Part shown: in pieces, positions 52,490 to 64,000 of the stretch | How positions within the stretch are numbered: the stretch's first letter is position 1 | How the letters are laid out: the number at the start of each line of letters is the position of its first letter | NCBI GenBank assembly: GCA_002633005.1 | Contig: NMRA01000797.1 | Span: 14,293-78,292, forward strand | Length of the DNA: 64,000 nt | Direction of reading: 5' to 3' | From: Phoronis australis | Taxonomy: Eukaryota > Animalia > Phoronida | Made by a program: the position numbers and the translations under genes | The notes under the pieces: model-generated | Database searches by the model: none | Seen by the model: the letters and a program-made list of their open reading frames with translations, nothing else | Told to the model about the DNA's origin: nothing

Positions 52490-54169
52490 TAACCGGAGCT
52501 GATAATTACTTCCACCTTGCACCAAGTTAGCGGCCACACACGAATAAGAAGTAACGTAACAAGTTACCCTACCTCAACAAGGTGGAGTAAGCTGTCACAA
52601 GTGGGAAATGTTGCATTAGTTTAAATAGCGTCCATACAGCCATTAAACCTAGCGACAACTCGTGGCAGGAGTAACTTGTTCTAGAGTAAGTCTGTGTGTG
52701 GATGGCACTTGGGAAATGTTGTACTTTATGCAACTAAATCACTTGAGAAAATTAAGTATTCTTATGGATTTCAAAGGTTATGGCGCTGTTACTCAAACCG
52801 AATTCCCATTAGGCATACAGCAGCTCTGAATGTTCCCTCAGTCCTTTCATTGACCGAGCCGCCATAATATTGCAATGACGACATGTACATATGATAGAAA
52901 GATGCCGGGAGAACAAAAACAGAGCATAACTTTGATCCTGAGAGAGTTATGTGTCTGCATGAATATGACTTTTTAGAATGAATGCTATGAGTTGCCTAAT
53001 GCAACTGTGTTCACAAACACAGCAAGTTGTGAAAAGAGAAAAAGTGGAAAACATCAAGTCTTCAAAATCTGGCGGGTTGTAGCTTAATTATTTGGTGAAA
53101 ACTTGTTTTTGGGATTGTCTAAGCCATGTTCATCATTTCAACATTCACTCCCAATGTCATTACCCAATTCGTTGTGCATATTCGACTACTTAATTTAATT
53201 ATCACTACAATATTTAAATTGTGTAATTAATTTGATGTGCCTCGAGTCAAATTAGGAGACTGTCAGCAGAAGTGAGTACCGTGTTCATTGTTATACATGC
53301 CACGCCAAGGGAAAATTCGAGTGACAGCAGTGTAACCTTTGAACTTTGATAAGTATACAAATTTCCACATTGCGAAGGTGGGTTGGGAAGTTGTTTATTT
53401 CCTACCATAAACAGGTAAGATGTTGATTTTAAAGCAAACTAAAAATGAAGATAAAATATTCATCCACACACGCCAGTCAGGTGTTGCAAAAACTTACAAA
53501 TTTAGAACTGGTTCCTCCATGCCCTTAACAGTGCTGCAACATTAACTGGCAGTCTGACTGTACAGGGGGAATTGAAACTTTCACTTCTGTTACACATTCA
53601 ACTGGGTGTTGGTACAAAATTGCCCCAGAGTGTTCATAGCACTATTGTCTCATACCTGTATAGCATAGAGCCCGTAACTCATGAAACATCAACTGCTAGT
53701 GCAAACTACTCGCAACACAACCGATATTGTTGAAATTTGAAAAGCATGTGTGCAGATATTTGATTTATTTCCTACACAGGTCAGTGCTTAGCGGAAAGAA
53801 TGCTCCCGGCTGAGAATTGAAAAAATTTGTTTTTGTAAAGATCCTTTGCAGCAGAAACCAATTAATCCAAATTTTTTCTTGTGCTCTGGGGAGACATGGG
53901 GCTTTCACTGAATTTTGTTTGTTTTGGGGTGTTGATAGTGGTACACACTTTTCAAAGCCTATGCTGCCTTATTGTCAGATTTCCATAATGTATCTTCAAT
54001 TAAAACTTGCGTTGAGCTGCTCCTTTTTAATCTAGAAAAAGGATTCAACATTAAAAAATATGCAGTAAAAAACACCAAATTCAATAGTCAGTAGCAAGGG
54101 TGGTTACAGAATTTTGGTCTGGCTATCAAGTAAAAATCATGTATTACTCCCACTTTGATTGCTCTATAG

Positions 54170-54511
54170 CTCATAGCACCAAAGTTAACATTGACAGTTA
54201 ACTTTGCAGTAAACACTCAGGTGGATTTAACAGCAGAGCATCGATGCTGCCATGCGGTATGAACCGTCAACTTCGGTCCCATCGAAGTTATCCCCATCGA
54301 CCAGTGTTACCATCATCAACTAAAGGGCAGTGTCGTCGCAAGTTGTTGCTTATATTTGAACAATCACCAATCGAATTAGAAATAAGTTTTTTGTCAATTA
54401 GCACACGTGTATGTTCTCAAATTGTCGCATTAAAAAATCTTAGCGTGCATGTGATGCAACAGCGCTATCTTGCGATAACTTCGATGACAACATCATCACC
54501 TACTGTTTACA
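54170..54511 (+). mobile_element. PIF/Harbinger-like element internal fragment
   Basis: Matches the internal portion of 25740-25910 plus 26370-26525. Confidence 0.6.
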
Positions 54512-57188
54512 TATAGTGCAGTTGTCCAACCTTACCCACTAGAGGTCACTGCAAATTCAAAGTAATCTTAATTTTACACAATTTCATAATCAAAGGGGTT
54601 ACTTTTGATGTTCAGAAGTGAAGGAGACAACGCCAAAAATTGACGACGTAAGTTTTTTTTACTTCATCTTGGCACCCAAATATCAATTGTCCTTTATGAT
54701 TCATTTTTAACTTGAACAATAGTCTAATATGACTGAATATTCGCCTTTCTTAGAATGTTTATAATGTGTTATATAGTATGATTTTGTGGGCTGCCATTTT
54801 TAAATCAATCAATCAATCAATGAAAGAGTTTGTTACTTAAGAGCGTTTCATTAGGTTTTCTTAGCGGAACATATCTAACATGTGGTGACAAAAACATTAC
54901 TGAATACAGCGTTTACCGCTGAGCCTGCAGCTAAAATAAAGGCAACTTAGTTGCGCTGTGCAGTGCTATTTTGGATAATCATAGATAGGTAATTTTTGTG
55001 TTACTTTAAATACGAGAAATCCGATGTATTCTTTTGTGCAACTTCTAAGTTCAGGGCTTGGAATGACCCATGACAAAAAAGAGGAAATTTTTACGGTCCT
55101 AAATACACATTTCAATCTAAACCATACCTCAACAGATCGAAAGTAAACATTATTATCACAAGACGCCCTGTAACTGTGTTGTGTTGGCAAAACGCACTCA
55201 TCGTAAGCAGTACCTGACATCTATTTCAGCAACAACAATGAAGGCAATTAGATGCAACAAAAGATATTTTATAAATTTAAATTAAAATAATAAAGATAAT
55301 GATGCAAAATTTGCAGTGTGAGTGGCAGCAGCTTATTCTTGATTTGCTGCAGGGAGACCTAAAAAATTATTTTCAATTCTTATAATTACGATACAAAATT
55401 ATAAAAAAAAATTGAAAATCGATCCATGGATTATCTAGAAAGCCTGAAATACATTACACATTTAATTCCAACAAAAGAATTTAATTGCAATGCAAATGGA
55501 AAAAAGTCAAGACGAAAACCTGTGGCTCATACCCCCAACTGTTAGCATGGAAAAATGAAAGTCAAAATTTTAACTATATAGAATGCATCAATCACAATCC
55601 TAAGTTGGCCAAACTTTTCAGTTTCAAACAGTAGTTACAGGAGTTAATTGTTCATAAGACACGCTGGTGTAGAAGAAACTATGTGACAAAAAATAACTAC
55701 AAGGACACAGAAAATAGGCGGGCAGAATTTGTAAACAATGGCTTAGACCAATCAGATCATTCAGAATCTGTCGCGTGATCACTTCCCTCGAACTGCAAAA
55801 CCCGAGTCACAAAATAGAACACCAAAAACGTGAAAATAAATTGAATTACATAAAAGGCAATTTAGAACACATTTGCAGTAACGAAAATAGCACTCTGTAT
55901 CCCGTTTCGGCGGCACGTAAAAAGTCGCACTCAGACAGTCAGGCCTAGCACTAGCCTCCAAGGGCAACGGGCGTGCATGTGGGATCAAACAAAAGAATTT
56001 CATACATCACTCACATCCTATGATTCCAATCCAACGAATAGCCCGTTATGGTTGAATTTCCTTTCAGGAAGCTTTGTTATTTCTAGTGTTCCATCATTTT
56101 CAGTCAGTTATTCGACTCCACTTAGTCCAAGACGGCTCGACCACGCACTCCGTAATTGTTCAGCTCTCGAAGTTTACAGAGCACAAACCTTGGTTTGTGA
56201 AGACATTGACCATTTCTTTTATCCACTTTTTCAACGACATATTCGGTCTACTCCACGCTCCACACATTTTCACAGCAGAAATGCACTATTTGTCACTGCG
56301 ATTTTATACCAAATGCAGACGCCATTGATGAACCACGCTATGCCAGGTACAGGCACTTGAATTTATCTGTTCCTTGATTACCACTGACGTCACTCTCTAC
56401 TAAGAGAACATGTTTCTTATATATGGTTACGAGTCATCGGGAAATTCGAGCGCCTGTGATCCGCAATTACAATTTTCAGTCGGCAACGCTGCGGTGAGAA
56501 ACCAATTTGCCGCAATAACTTTATGGCAAATTTAATTTTTTCCGCAAAAAGATAACGAAAATACGCGGAGGGAATAAAAGAAAAAACCGGAAATCCGCAT
56601 TTCCGTAGAAAATTCCAAGCCTTGTAAGTTGACCCCAACAGTATATTTAACTGGATGCACCAGAAATAAAATCTGAAACATTAAACCAAACCCATCAGAG
56701 CGTCCAATCAAAACAAGCCATGGAGAACAATGAGTGATAGCCTAATTTTATAATCAAATGTTGTTTTCGAATCCTATAGTCCGATGTAAAAATGCTCTTG
56801 TTGACCATATAGCCGCTGTGCAATTCGCGAGTGTCTCTGTGTGCGGGACACGAAATCGCAGAGGAGTATAACTACAAACCTCTTAGACGAACAACAGGTT
56901 GCACTGCTTTAGGTCACATTGAAAAGAACATGTCAAGAAAATGTGTCGGCGGATATTTTCGATGATTTTATGACCAATCAAATCATTTTTAGACTCTGTT
57001 TGTACAAAACTCATCATCCAAGATTTGTGTAAGATGGTCAATGCCAAAAGCACCTACAATCTTCAGTCATGAAAATTCAATTTCTGTTTGAATGTCACTG
57101 ACTCATATTTTAGAGACAGTCCCAAACTGGAGAATGTTAACTGTTAAAAGAATGTCAACGGAATGTTAATGATAAAAGCATGAAATAA

Positions 57189-57952
57189 TTGAGACATCCA
57201 GTTGAGAAAACAGATAAAGTTTGAATCTAATACTAGAACACAAACTTACAAAAATTAACGACGTTGCGTCACGTTCTTCAGCTTGGCTTGTGACGTAATC
57301 GTTATTCTGGCCAATTGGGTGGCATTCTGACCAGATGGCACGGCATTGATGTCAGAACTTCTCCCACACGTGTGACAAATCGAATCTTAAACCGCCTCTT
57401 TTATTTAAAAAGGGACTCTCAATGCACTCATGGAGAACTTCTGAACCAGTCTTCCTCACAGTCTAGGATAGTGACATCACCAGAATTGAAATCATGTCCA
57501 GTGGTGCACAGGGGGCTAAAAATAGCCGAATCATAAGTGTCCCCGTAACTAGAACGACGATGTTGTGTCATACGTATTTTTATGGACTGACAGTTACATA
57601 CAAATTAGGTGAAACGAAACAGTCCATAAAAATGCGTGTCACAACATTGCTGGGGACACTTGATGATGTCACTATCCTAGACTTTGAGGAAGACTGGTTC
57701 AGAAGGGGTGTAAAGGAAGCTCTCCATGAGCGCATTGAGAGTCCCTCTTTAAATAAAAGAGGCGGTTTAAGATACGATTTGTGACACATATGGGATAGAG
57801 TTCTGACATCAATGCAGTGCCGTCGGGTCAAAACACCACCAATTGGCCAGAATAACGATAACGTCACAAGCCAAGCTGAAGTCCCTGAGATGCAGACGCA
57901 ACATCGCTAATTTTTGTAAGTTGTTATTCCAATATTAGACTCAAACTTTATC
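57189..57952. mobile_element. Penelope-like family B, inverted pair with GIY-YIG remnant
   Basis: Plus strand encodes DDVTILDFEEDWFRRGVKEALHERIESPSLNKRGGLRYDL (57661-57784). 57189-57580 is an inverted homologous copy. Confidence 0.8.
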
Positions 57953-58062
57953 GGAATGATAATGATTTCGATGTGCTTAGACAGCCAACCTTCAATTGTC
58001 AAAGAGAACTCAAAATACAAGAAATTGATATGTCTTTTGTATTTTCAGGACGGATACTATCG

Positions 58063-58443
58063 ATGGGGATTCAAGGCGTAATTTTCTGCCTAGCTGTGGC
58101 TTCTGTTACATCCCTGCCGCTGCAACAATCAATCGAAGAACTCTCAGATTATATACACGCCACTGAAGGCCAAGACAGTGAACGTTTACAGTACAGCATC
58201 GATTCAGACATTCTCCGAGAGTTGATCGAATTCAGGACAAGAGCTGAAAAACTGAACCAACTAAACGCAGCTTTATATCGGGCACGTGAACTTTTAAAAG
58301 AAATCAACAAGTATACTGAGCGTGACAGGCCATCAAATTTTCTTATAAAATACGAACGCAGGTCGTTACCAAACGGTTTTAAGACTTTGTCAAGTAACGG
58401 TGGCACACGCTCGTACGGTGCAAAAGTGCATCGATACGGGTGA
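58063..58443 (+). CDS. Putative neuropeptide precursor (RYamide prepropeptide), paralog 2
   Basis: Acceptor attttcag|GA at 58048/58049 and ATG 58063. Signal peptide MGIQGVIFCLAVASVTS|LP, RR at 58357-58362, then 25-aa SLPNGFKTLSSNGGTRSYGAKVHRY + G + TGA. Paralog of 3820-4235. Confidence 0.78.
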   Translation: MGIQGVIFCLAVASVTSLPLQQSIEELSDYIHATEGQDSERLQYSIDSDILRELIEFRTRAEKLNQLNAALYRARELLKEINKYTERDRPSNFLIKYERRSLPNGFKTLSSNGGTRSYGAKVHRYG

Positions 58444-58618
58444 CGATCAGTTTTTTGTGTGAGTGCAAGAAAAATCAATGGAAACCGGCCGGCTGACAGG
58501 AAAAGCTGGCAGAGATCAAGCAACTGAACATTCACTAGTCCCTTCATGCTTTGGATAGCTTCATGTGTTATTTGGAAGGCAAATATTTTACGAAATGTCA
58601 TAAAGGGTTTAAACACAA

Positions 58619-58624
58619 AATAAA
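58619..58624 (+). promoter_or_regulatory. Candidate polyadenylation signal for paralog 2
   Basis: AATAAA about 175 nt downstream of the stop codon; could be chance in AT-rich DNA. Confidence 0.3.
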
Positions 58625-61600
58625 AGCCAAACATTTTCATTGAGAAATGTTAATTCCATATTGATTTTTGTGGCATGGCACATTGCAAAATGCTATTTAT
58701 ACATTGAGCAATGACACCTACAGCACTATATTCATTTATTTAATATCGTTCCTTATTTACACAACCGACAATTTATCCCAGAACATGCCAGGCATTGATA
58801 TCTGGGCGTCCAAATTGTTTAAAAAAGGCATTTAATTACAAAATCTTGAAATGTACCTCGTCACACATCCAGGAAATTTTTCTGATTACAATTACAAAAT
58901 CCATAATTATTCAAACAATAGAAAAAGAATTACACAGTATAAGATTGCCAATATTAACAACAATACTATTAGTACAGTTGATAATTGAAAGAACAAGGAA
59001 TACAATGATTATGAAATCTCATATAATTAATGACTTTCAGATCCAAAAAAGATGTAATTATGATTCAGACAGAGTGGAGGTCACTAACACATTTTTGGGG
59101 TCTGAAAAGCAACATCTTGATTGTGCTAGTAAGTAACAATTGTTTTATAAGATTATATTTGCTAAGTATGTAACTCCTGGAAGGAAGATATGTTTCGGCT
59201 TTTGAATGTGTATCAGTCATTTGTGTGGACAGTCAGCTACAATTTTTATCCAAAATGCAATGGACAAACCAACAACCAATCATATTTTGGGAAAGATATC
59301 ATGTTTTGCTCTCTTACAATAGTCATTCTTATTACAGAACAATTGACATACGTTATTTGGGTCAAATATCAAATGTGATAAGGTCAGTCACGTGACAGAA
59401 CAATGACTAATTCCCATGTTGAGACTACATTGCAGATCAGATTATGGTTTTGACTCTTCGAATTTGAAATATCCTTCATGTTATACAGGGCATTGAATTA
59501 AGCTAAATATCGACTGAAAGTAGACAGGTTGTAGAGTTTGACTTAGTACCGAACCACAATAGATTGGGTTACATGACCATGTATTTTTAGTAAATTTAAA
59601 AAGGTAAAGTACTCTGATAGCTAAACCAATGGTATCAATAACACTTTAATTTGTTTACTAACAATCTTCAAAAGGGAATCCAAAAAACTCCAAAACTTTT
59701 CTAAATTTTTATTTCATTTTTGTTTTAATTTTGATTTTTTCATGAAAATCAAAAAAAAATCAGCAGTGATAATGGGAAAGTCAATTCAGCAATAATTCTG
59801 GACATGTAAACCACCAGATAAGTGCACTGTGTTATTCATTCAATACAATTATGCACAAACTGGAGAAATGGGTCTAGAACCTGCCAATACTATCTGTCAC
59901 AATGGGTCACTTAAGTGAACTCAAGAGTCTGCTTGAGTGTTACCTAATGACAGGACATGCTGTGCACACAGTAAAACTTACCTCAAATCAGATAAGCAAT
60001 GTTCATTAACCATAAAACACAATCGTGATACATTGGTGGGAAAACAATGCTCTCAATAAGAAGTCCACATTTCATTTGATACAAATGATGAAATCTCAAA
60101 AATGCTATAATTACAGTTTTTTAAAATTATCGTTTTGTTTTTATCTTATACAACTTCTGAGTTTTTTATGAAAACCACCAGTTCTATTGATTTTAATTTT
60201 GGTTGTTACACGATATCTACCATAAGAAAAAACTTAAGGTGTACTCTAACATTTAGTTCCGGATTCTAAGAATGAATGAGGGTAAACAATACAGCATCAT
60301 ACCTGAGTAAACTAATCACTAAGTACTCTTGGGAATTTCCAGTCACATCTAGTTAAACACAAGAAATATTGCCCTATAAGGCAAAACAACAATTAATGTG
60401 AGCATTTCAGTCAAATCCGGTTATTAACTAAAAAAAAACAACTGGAAAAGTTGTTCGCCCTGTTTAAAGCAAAATGTCAATTACTGTGAGCATTGTCAAG
60501 AGATTGCACATCAACCTCGAAACAATCTCATAAAAACTTATATGATCATTTCTAAAAAAGAATACATTTATAAACGAGTCAAACACAGTGACTATTTATA
60601 AGAAATTAAAGCTACTATGAACTTGAATTTTGTCGAAACAATTTTTGAAGTTCCTGGCATGTAACTCTACTCTTGAGAGATTACTGTAGGTTATTAAACT
60701 GGAATCAAAATTGCGTACAGAAAAGATTCCTGTACTTTGGAAGACTTGACATTTCCCTAATACTCAAAATCAAGCTCAATGGCTTGGTTTGACCAAAAAC
60801 CAATCAAAGTCGAAACCTGCTTTATAACAGTATGCGGACTAAAAACACCAATGAAACATTTATTTCTTTTTGACTACAGTCGCCTTGTGTAGGTCACCAA
60901 GTAAAAAGTCTTGCAAGAGTTTGTTAGGGTCTGACAGAATTCAGTTGAAATCTTTCAGCACAAACCCAGAAATTGCTTTCGCATTATATACAGGCTCTCT
61001 GATTCACTCCCTGGCATCCATTCATTACTTGAAGACCAAGACCAAAGGAGGAGACACCTTTGTGCAATGCTCAATTGTCTGCCAGTAAAGCCAGGATTTG
61101 AGCCCAGGTGTCTCACATGGGAGTCCCGAGCTCAAGCCACTGAACCACACTGTCTCCACAATGGAAGTCTTACTGGACTTTCTTTTGAAAACTACAGTTA
61201 GGCTCCTATCAGAGGAAGACCAATGAACCAGATGACCACAACAAAGTTCATTGCCATGGGTCTTGTCCATAAAAACTAGGTTCAATGCCCCAGAAAAATA
61301 AACAAGTCAAATGAATTTCATGATTAGCGCAATGGATTCTCTGGAATTATCCAATTCCCAGTACCATCAGTTAGACTTCAGATACAGATGGAGCAGGTTA
61401 TATTTCTTCAACAATTCCCATTGGAGTTTTACATCAGGACGACAGCAAAATAACAAGATCAATGCAGTAGCATAACATGGCATTGCATGTTTGAAGATAT
61501 GTTCTTCAAAGAGATTAGCATTCATTAAATCCAAATTTGAATAAAAAATTTAATTAAAGAGATTCACTTCCGCGGCTAAACACAGTATTTAATTAACTTC

Positions 61601-62888
61601 AACCGTGAACGTTCAAAGACGAAGAAGACAAAATTACCCGGCAAATTGCTATTCAAATGATGAAAAATAACAGTATTAAATACATTGCTTCGCAGCTGGG
61701 TTTGACAATGGCATGAGGACTGCAGTCTGTAGCACACCCTTGAGAAAGAGCGCGTCGCTCGATACGTGTGGATATTTTAGTATATTTTAGTACGGATGCT
61801 AGTCATTTAGTTTTACTAGTTTTACTATTTTATATGTTTATTCGTCGGTAACTGCAACATCTATTTGATATCAATATAAATCTTTTAATATTGAAAACAA
61901 GCAAGAGAAGTTCTTACTGCTTTATGGTAAAATATCACTACTTTTGGACAAAAATAGTTGTCAAAATGCCGATGTCGGAGCTGGGATGAGATTTTTGTGA
62001 ATAACAAGTTAATACATCATCCCTGCGTAACAACAAATAAACTTTCACGTATCACTGTCTAGTCTTTTCTTGTGATATTGTGGGTTATAACCTGAACCTA
62101 CTATACAGAACATGCAGGCATCCTGGAACGTCTTGTTATTAGTGTTGGTCAAATTACAAAATACTCCCAGGAATATGAAGCGTAATCTTTTTTTAAATTC
62201 ACGATGTTCACGCATTTTAGGACCCACTTCATCACTGTCTTGTAAGTTGAAGCCAGTCGCTGTGCAGCAGTGCACTCATCCACACGCCATGTTGAAATCA
62301 GATGAGTTTCTATTATCGTGCAACCACAATACACAAGCTCCACCCATAATGTCACATGATCAGAATCAGTTGTGAACAAACTCCACGCGCGTGTATTTGA
62401 CTAAGCGTTGTGTTTTGCTGAATAATCTCTGTGAAAATACCATTTAGTTTTAAATATTCCAACGAAGGCAGGCGGTGACATTAAAATGTTCCATTGATGC
62501 ACGATGGCTATCAAAACTGAACGTCTATGATTTTCAAGAAAAAAAAATCAACATTGCATGTACTAAACAGGAAATTACAAGTATAATTCAGAAAATTGCA
62601 AGAGTCTTTGAGATTTCAGCGAGTAAAATCTATAGTTTTGTAGAAATTTGGCAAAAAACACGGACTTGCCGATAAGATCCAACATGACCTTAAGCAATGA
62701 ACCAATTTTTTGGGGTTCAACAAGTGTTAATGATACAGTGTAAGGTTGACACTCCTTCAAGTGGGTGCAGGTGGTCTCCTGCAGAACACCACCAGTGTTT
62801 CTGTTCATAATATTAATGATAATAAATTTTGTTTATGGAGGATAAGATACAATAGATTTAAAAAAACATGCTTCAGCCAAAGGCTAGC

Positions 62889-64000
62889 ATAGACCCAATT
62901 CACGTGGCAGACATTAAAATCCAAAGCGAGGCTCACTGCGATAAACAAAGCCGAAGTTGACATTGCGTGAGTTAAATGGCCGGTTTTTTGAGGCCAACCT
63001 GGATATTAAATCTTAAAAATGTGTCAATACTTAACCACAGAGACGTAAAGAAATACATTAGAGAACAAGTCAATGCACCAAAGAATTGTCTGGCAAAAGG
63101 GTATAAGCTTTTTTCGGAAAACTAGGTTCAAAACATGAAAAGTAAATATGACCAAATTGCGGCGATCGACGTGTTACGACTAGGTATTATGCTGAATGCA
63201 GGGTTACGTTTCTTCTAGACTTGTAAATTGTTGATAAAAATGCTAATTTCTACACGAACCAGTTCGTCTGCTCTAATTGTTGACGAGTTCATGAAATATT
63301 CGACAGCATTTTGCTGTCATGTGCATCTGGTTTAATTTGTTAATCAAGAATATTAACATCAAGCATCAGATAGCCTAGCTAGGTGAGGTAGGGACTACCG
63401 GAACTAACAAACGATTTGTCATTGATCTGAAAGAATAATTGATGTTATTAAACATATTTCTATTAAAATAAAAACCTGGCTCGTAATTGAAAAAAAAATT
63501 CTTTGACCATCAATTCTGCTTTCTTGGCTTTAATAATTCTTACGTCTATTGCATGTGTTATGATTCAAATATCAATCTATACCAAGTTGAATTTTAAAAT
63601 TAAAACACGTACCTAATTCGTTCGTCTAAAGCATAACCTCGTTTTAGAGCTCAATTTCAGTTAACTGGACAGAGCAAGCATAGTTATCATGTTTCTTCAG
63701 GGGCATCGTTCGTTCATCACGGTGAGGGGAAAGATGCCTGTGCCTTCAAGAGGGGGATTTTTTTGCCGAGTGACGGGAAAAATCTAGCTCCCGATCACCA
63801 TTAATAAGACCCCCGCCCTGTTGCAAGCTCTCATAAGCTATGTCTCAAATAGCATTTTGTGCTCTTTCCGTCAAATTGTCACCTGTGTGATTCACTCCAC
63901 ACGATTTGAACTTCGAAGAGAAATTTCCAATCACTTTTTTAGGCCTCGTGGGGGAATTTCGCATGATTTTTAAATATTTTAAGAGGGGAATAGAGCCGAT
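62889..64000 (-). mobile_element. Interspersed DNA-transposon-like repeat, copy 2 (runs off window)
   Basis: Reverse complement of 12060-13296; terminus ATAGACCCAATTCACG. Confidence 0.75.

Noticed and set aside
54803-55220. (CAAT)n tract as the 3' tail of an L2/CR1 LINE on the minus strand
   Set aside because: No recognisable reverse-transcriptase residues in the adjacent frames; only the microsatellite is certain.
57973-58048. 5' extension of the paralog 2 ORF from a GTG start
   Set aside because: Lies upstream of a clear splice acceptor, abuts a Penelope remnant and is not similar to paralog 1; probably intron.
58149-58640. 163-aa minus-strand ORF, the longest in the track
   Set aside because: Antisense shadow of the RYamide precursor exon; no recognisable features and not conserved in paralog 1.
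59185-59225. GCCGAAACATATC resembling the family A hammerhead 3' half
   Set aside because: No CUGANGA box, and flanks do not match family A.

Overview
AT-rich, gene-poor eukaryotic DNA that looks like a marine invertebrate genome (possibly a deuterostome; the organism cannot be fixed from sequence alone). Almost all ORFs in the supplied track are spurious. The main host content is two paralogous, same-strand coding exons about 54 kb apart (3820-4235 and 58049-58443). Each encodes a prepropeptide with a signal peptide, a helical pro-region, a dibasic site (KR or RR) and a C-terminal peptide ending RYG-stop, predicting 36-aa and 25-aa RYamide neuropeptides with a QRFP/kisspeptin-like precursor layout. 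The rest is a patchwork of old, often nested transposon remnants: Tc2/pogo-like, hAT MITEs with perfect 8-bp TSDs, Harbinger-like MITEs, Kolobok-like elements, a Tc1-like transposase fragment and HINE-like repeats. Several Penelope-like retroelement fragments carry minimal hammerhead-ribozyme motifs. There is also a ~142-bp-period array of CTCF-like motifs. No tRNA, rRNA or CRISPR array was recognised. All family assignments were made by eye, without database searches.
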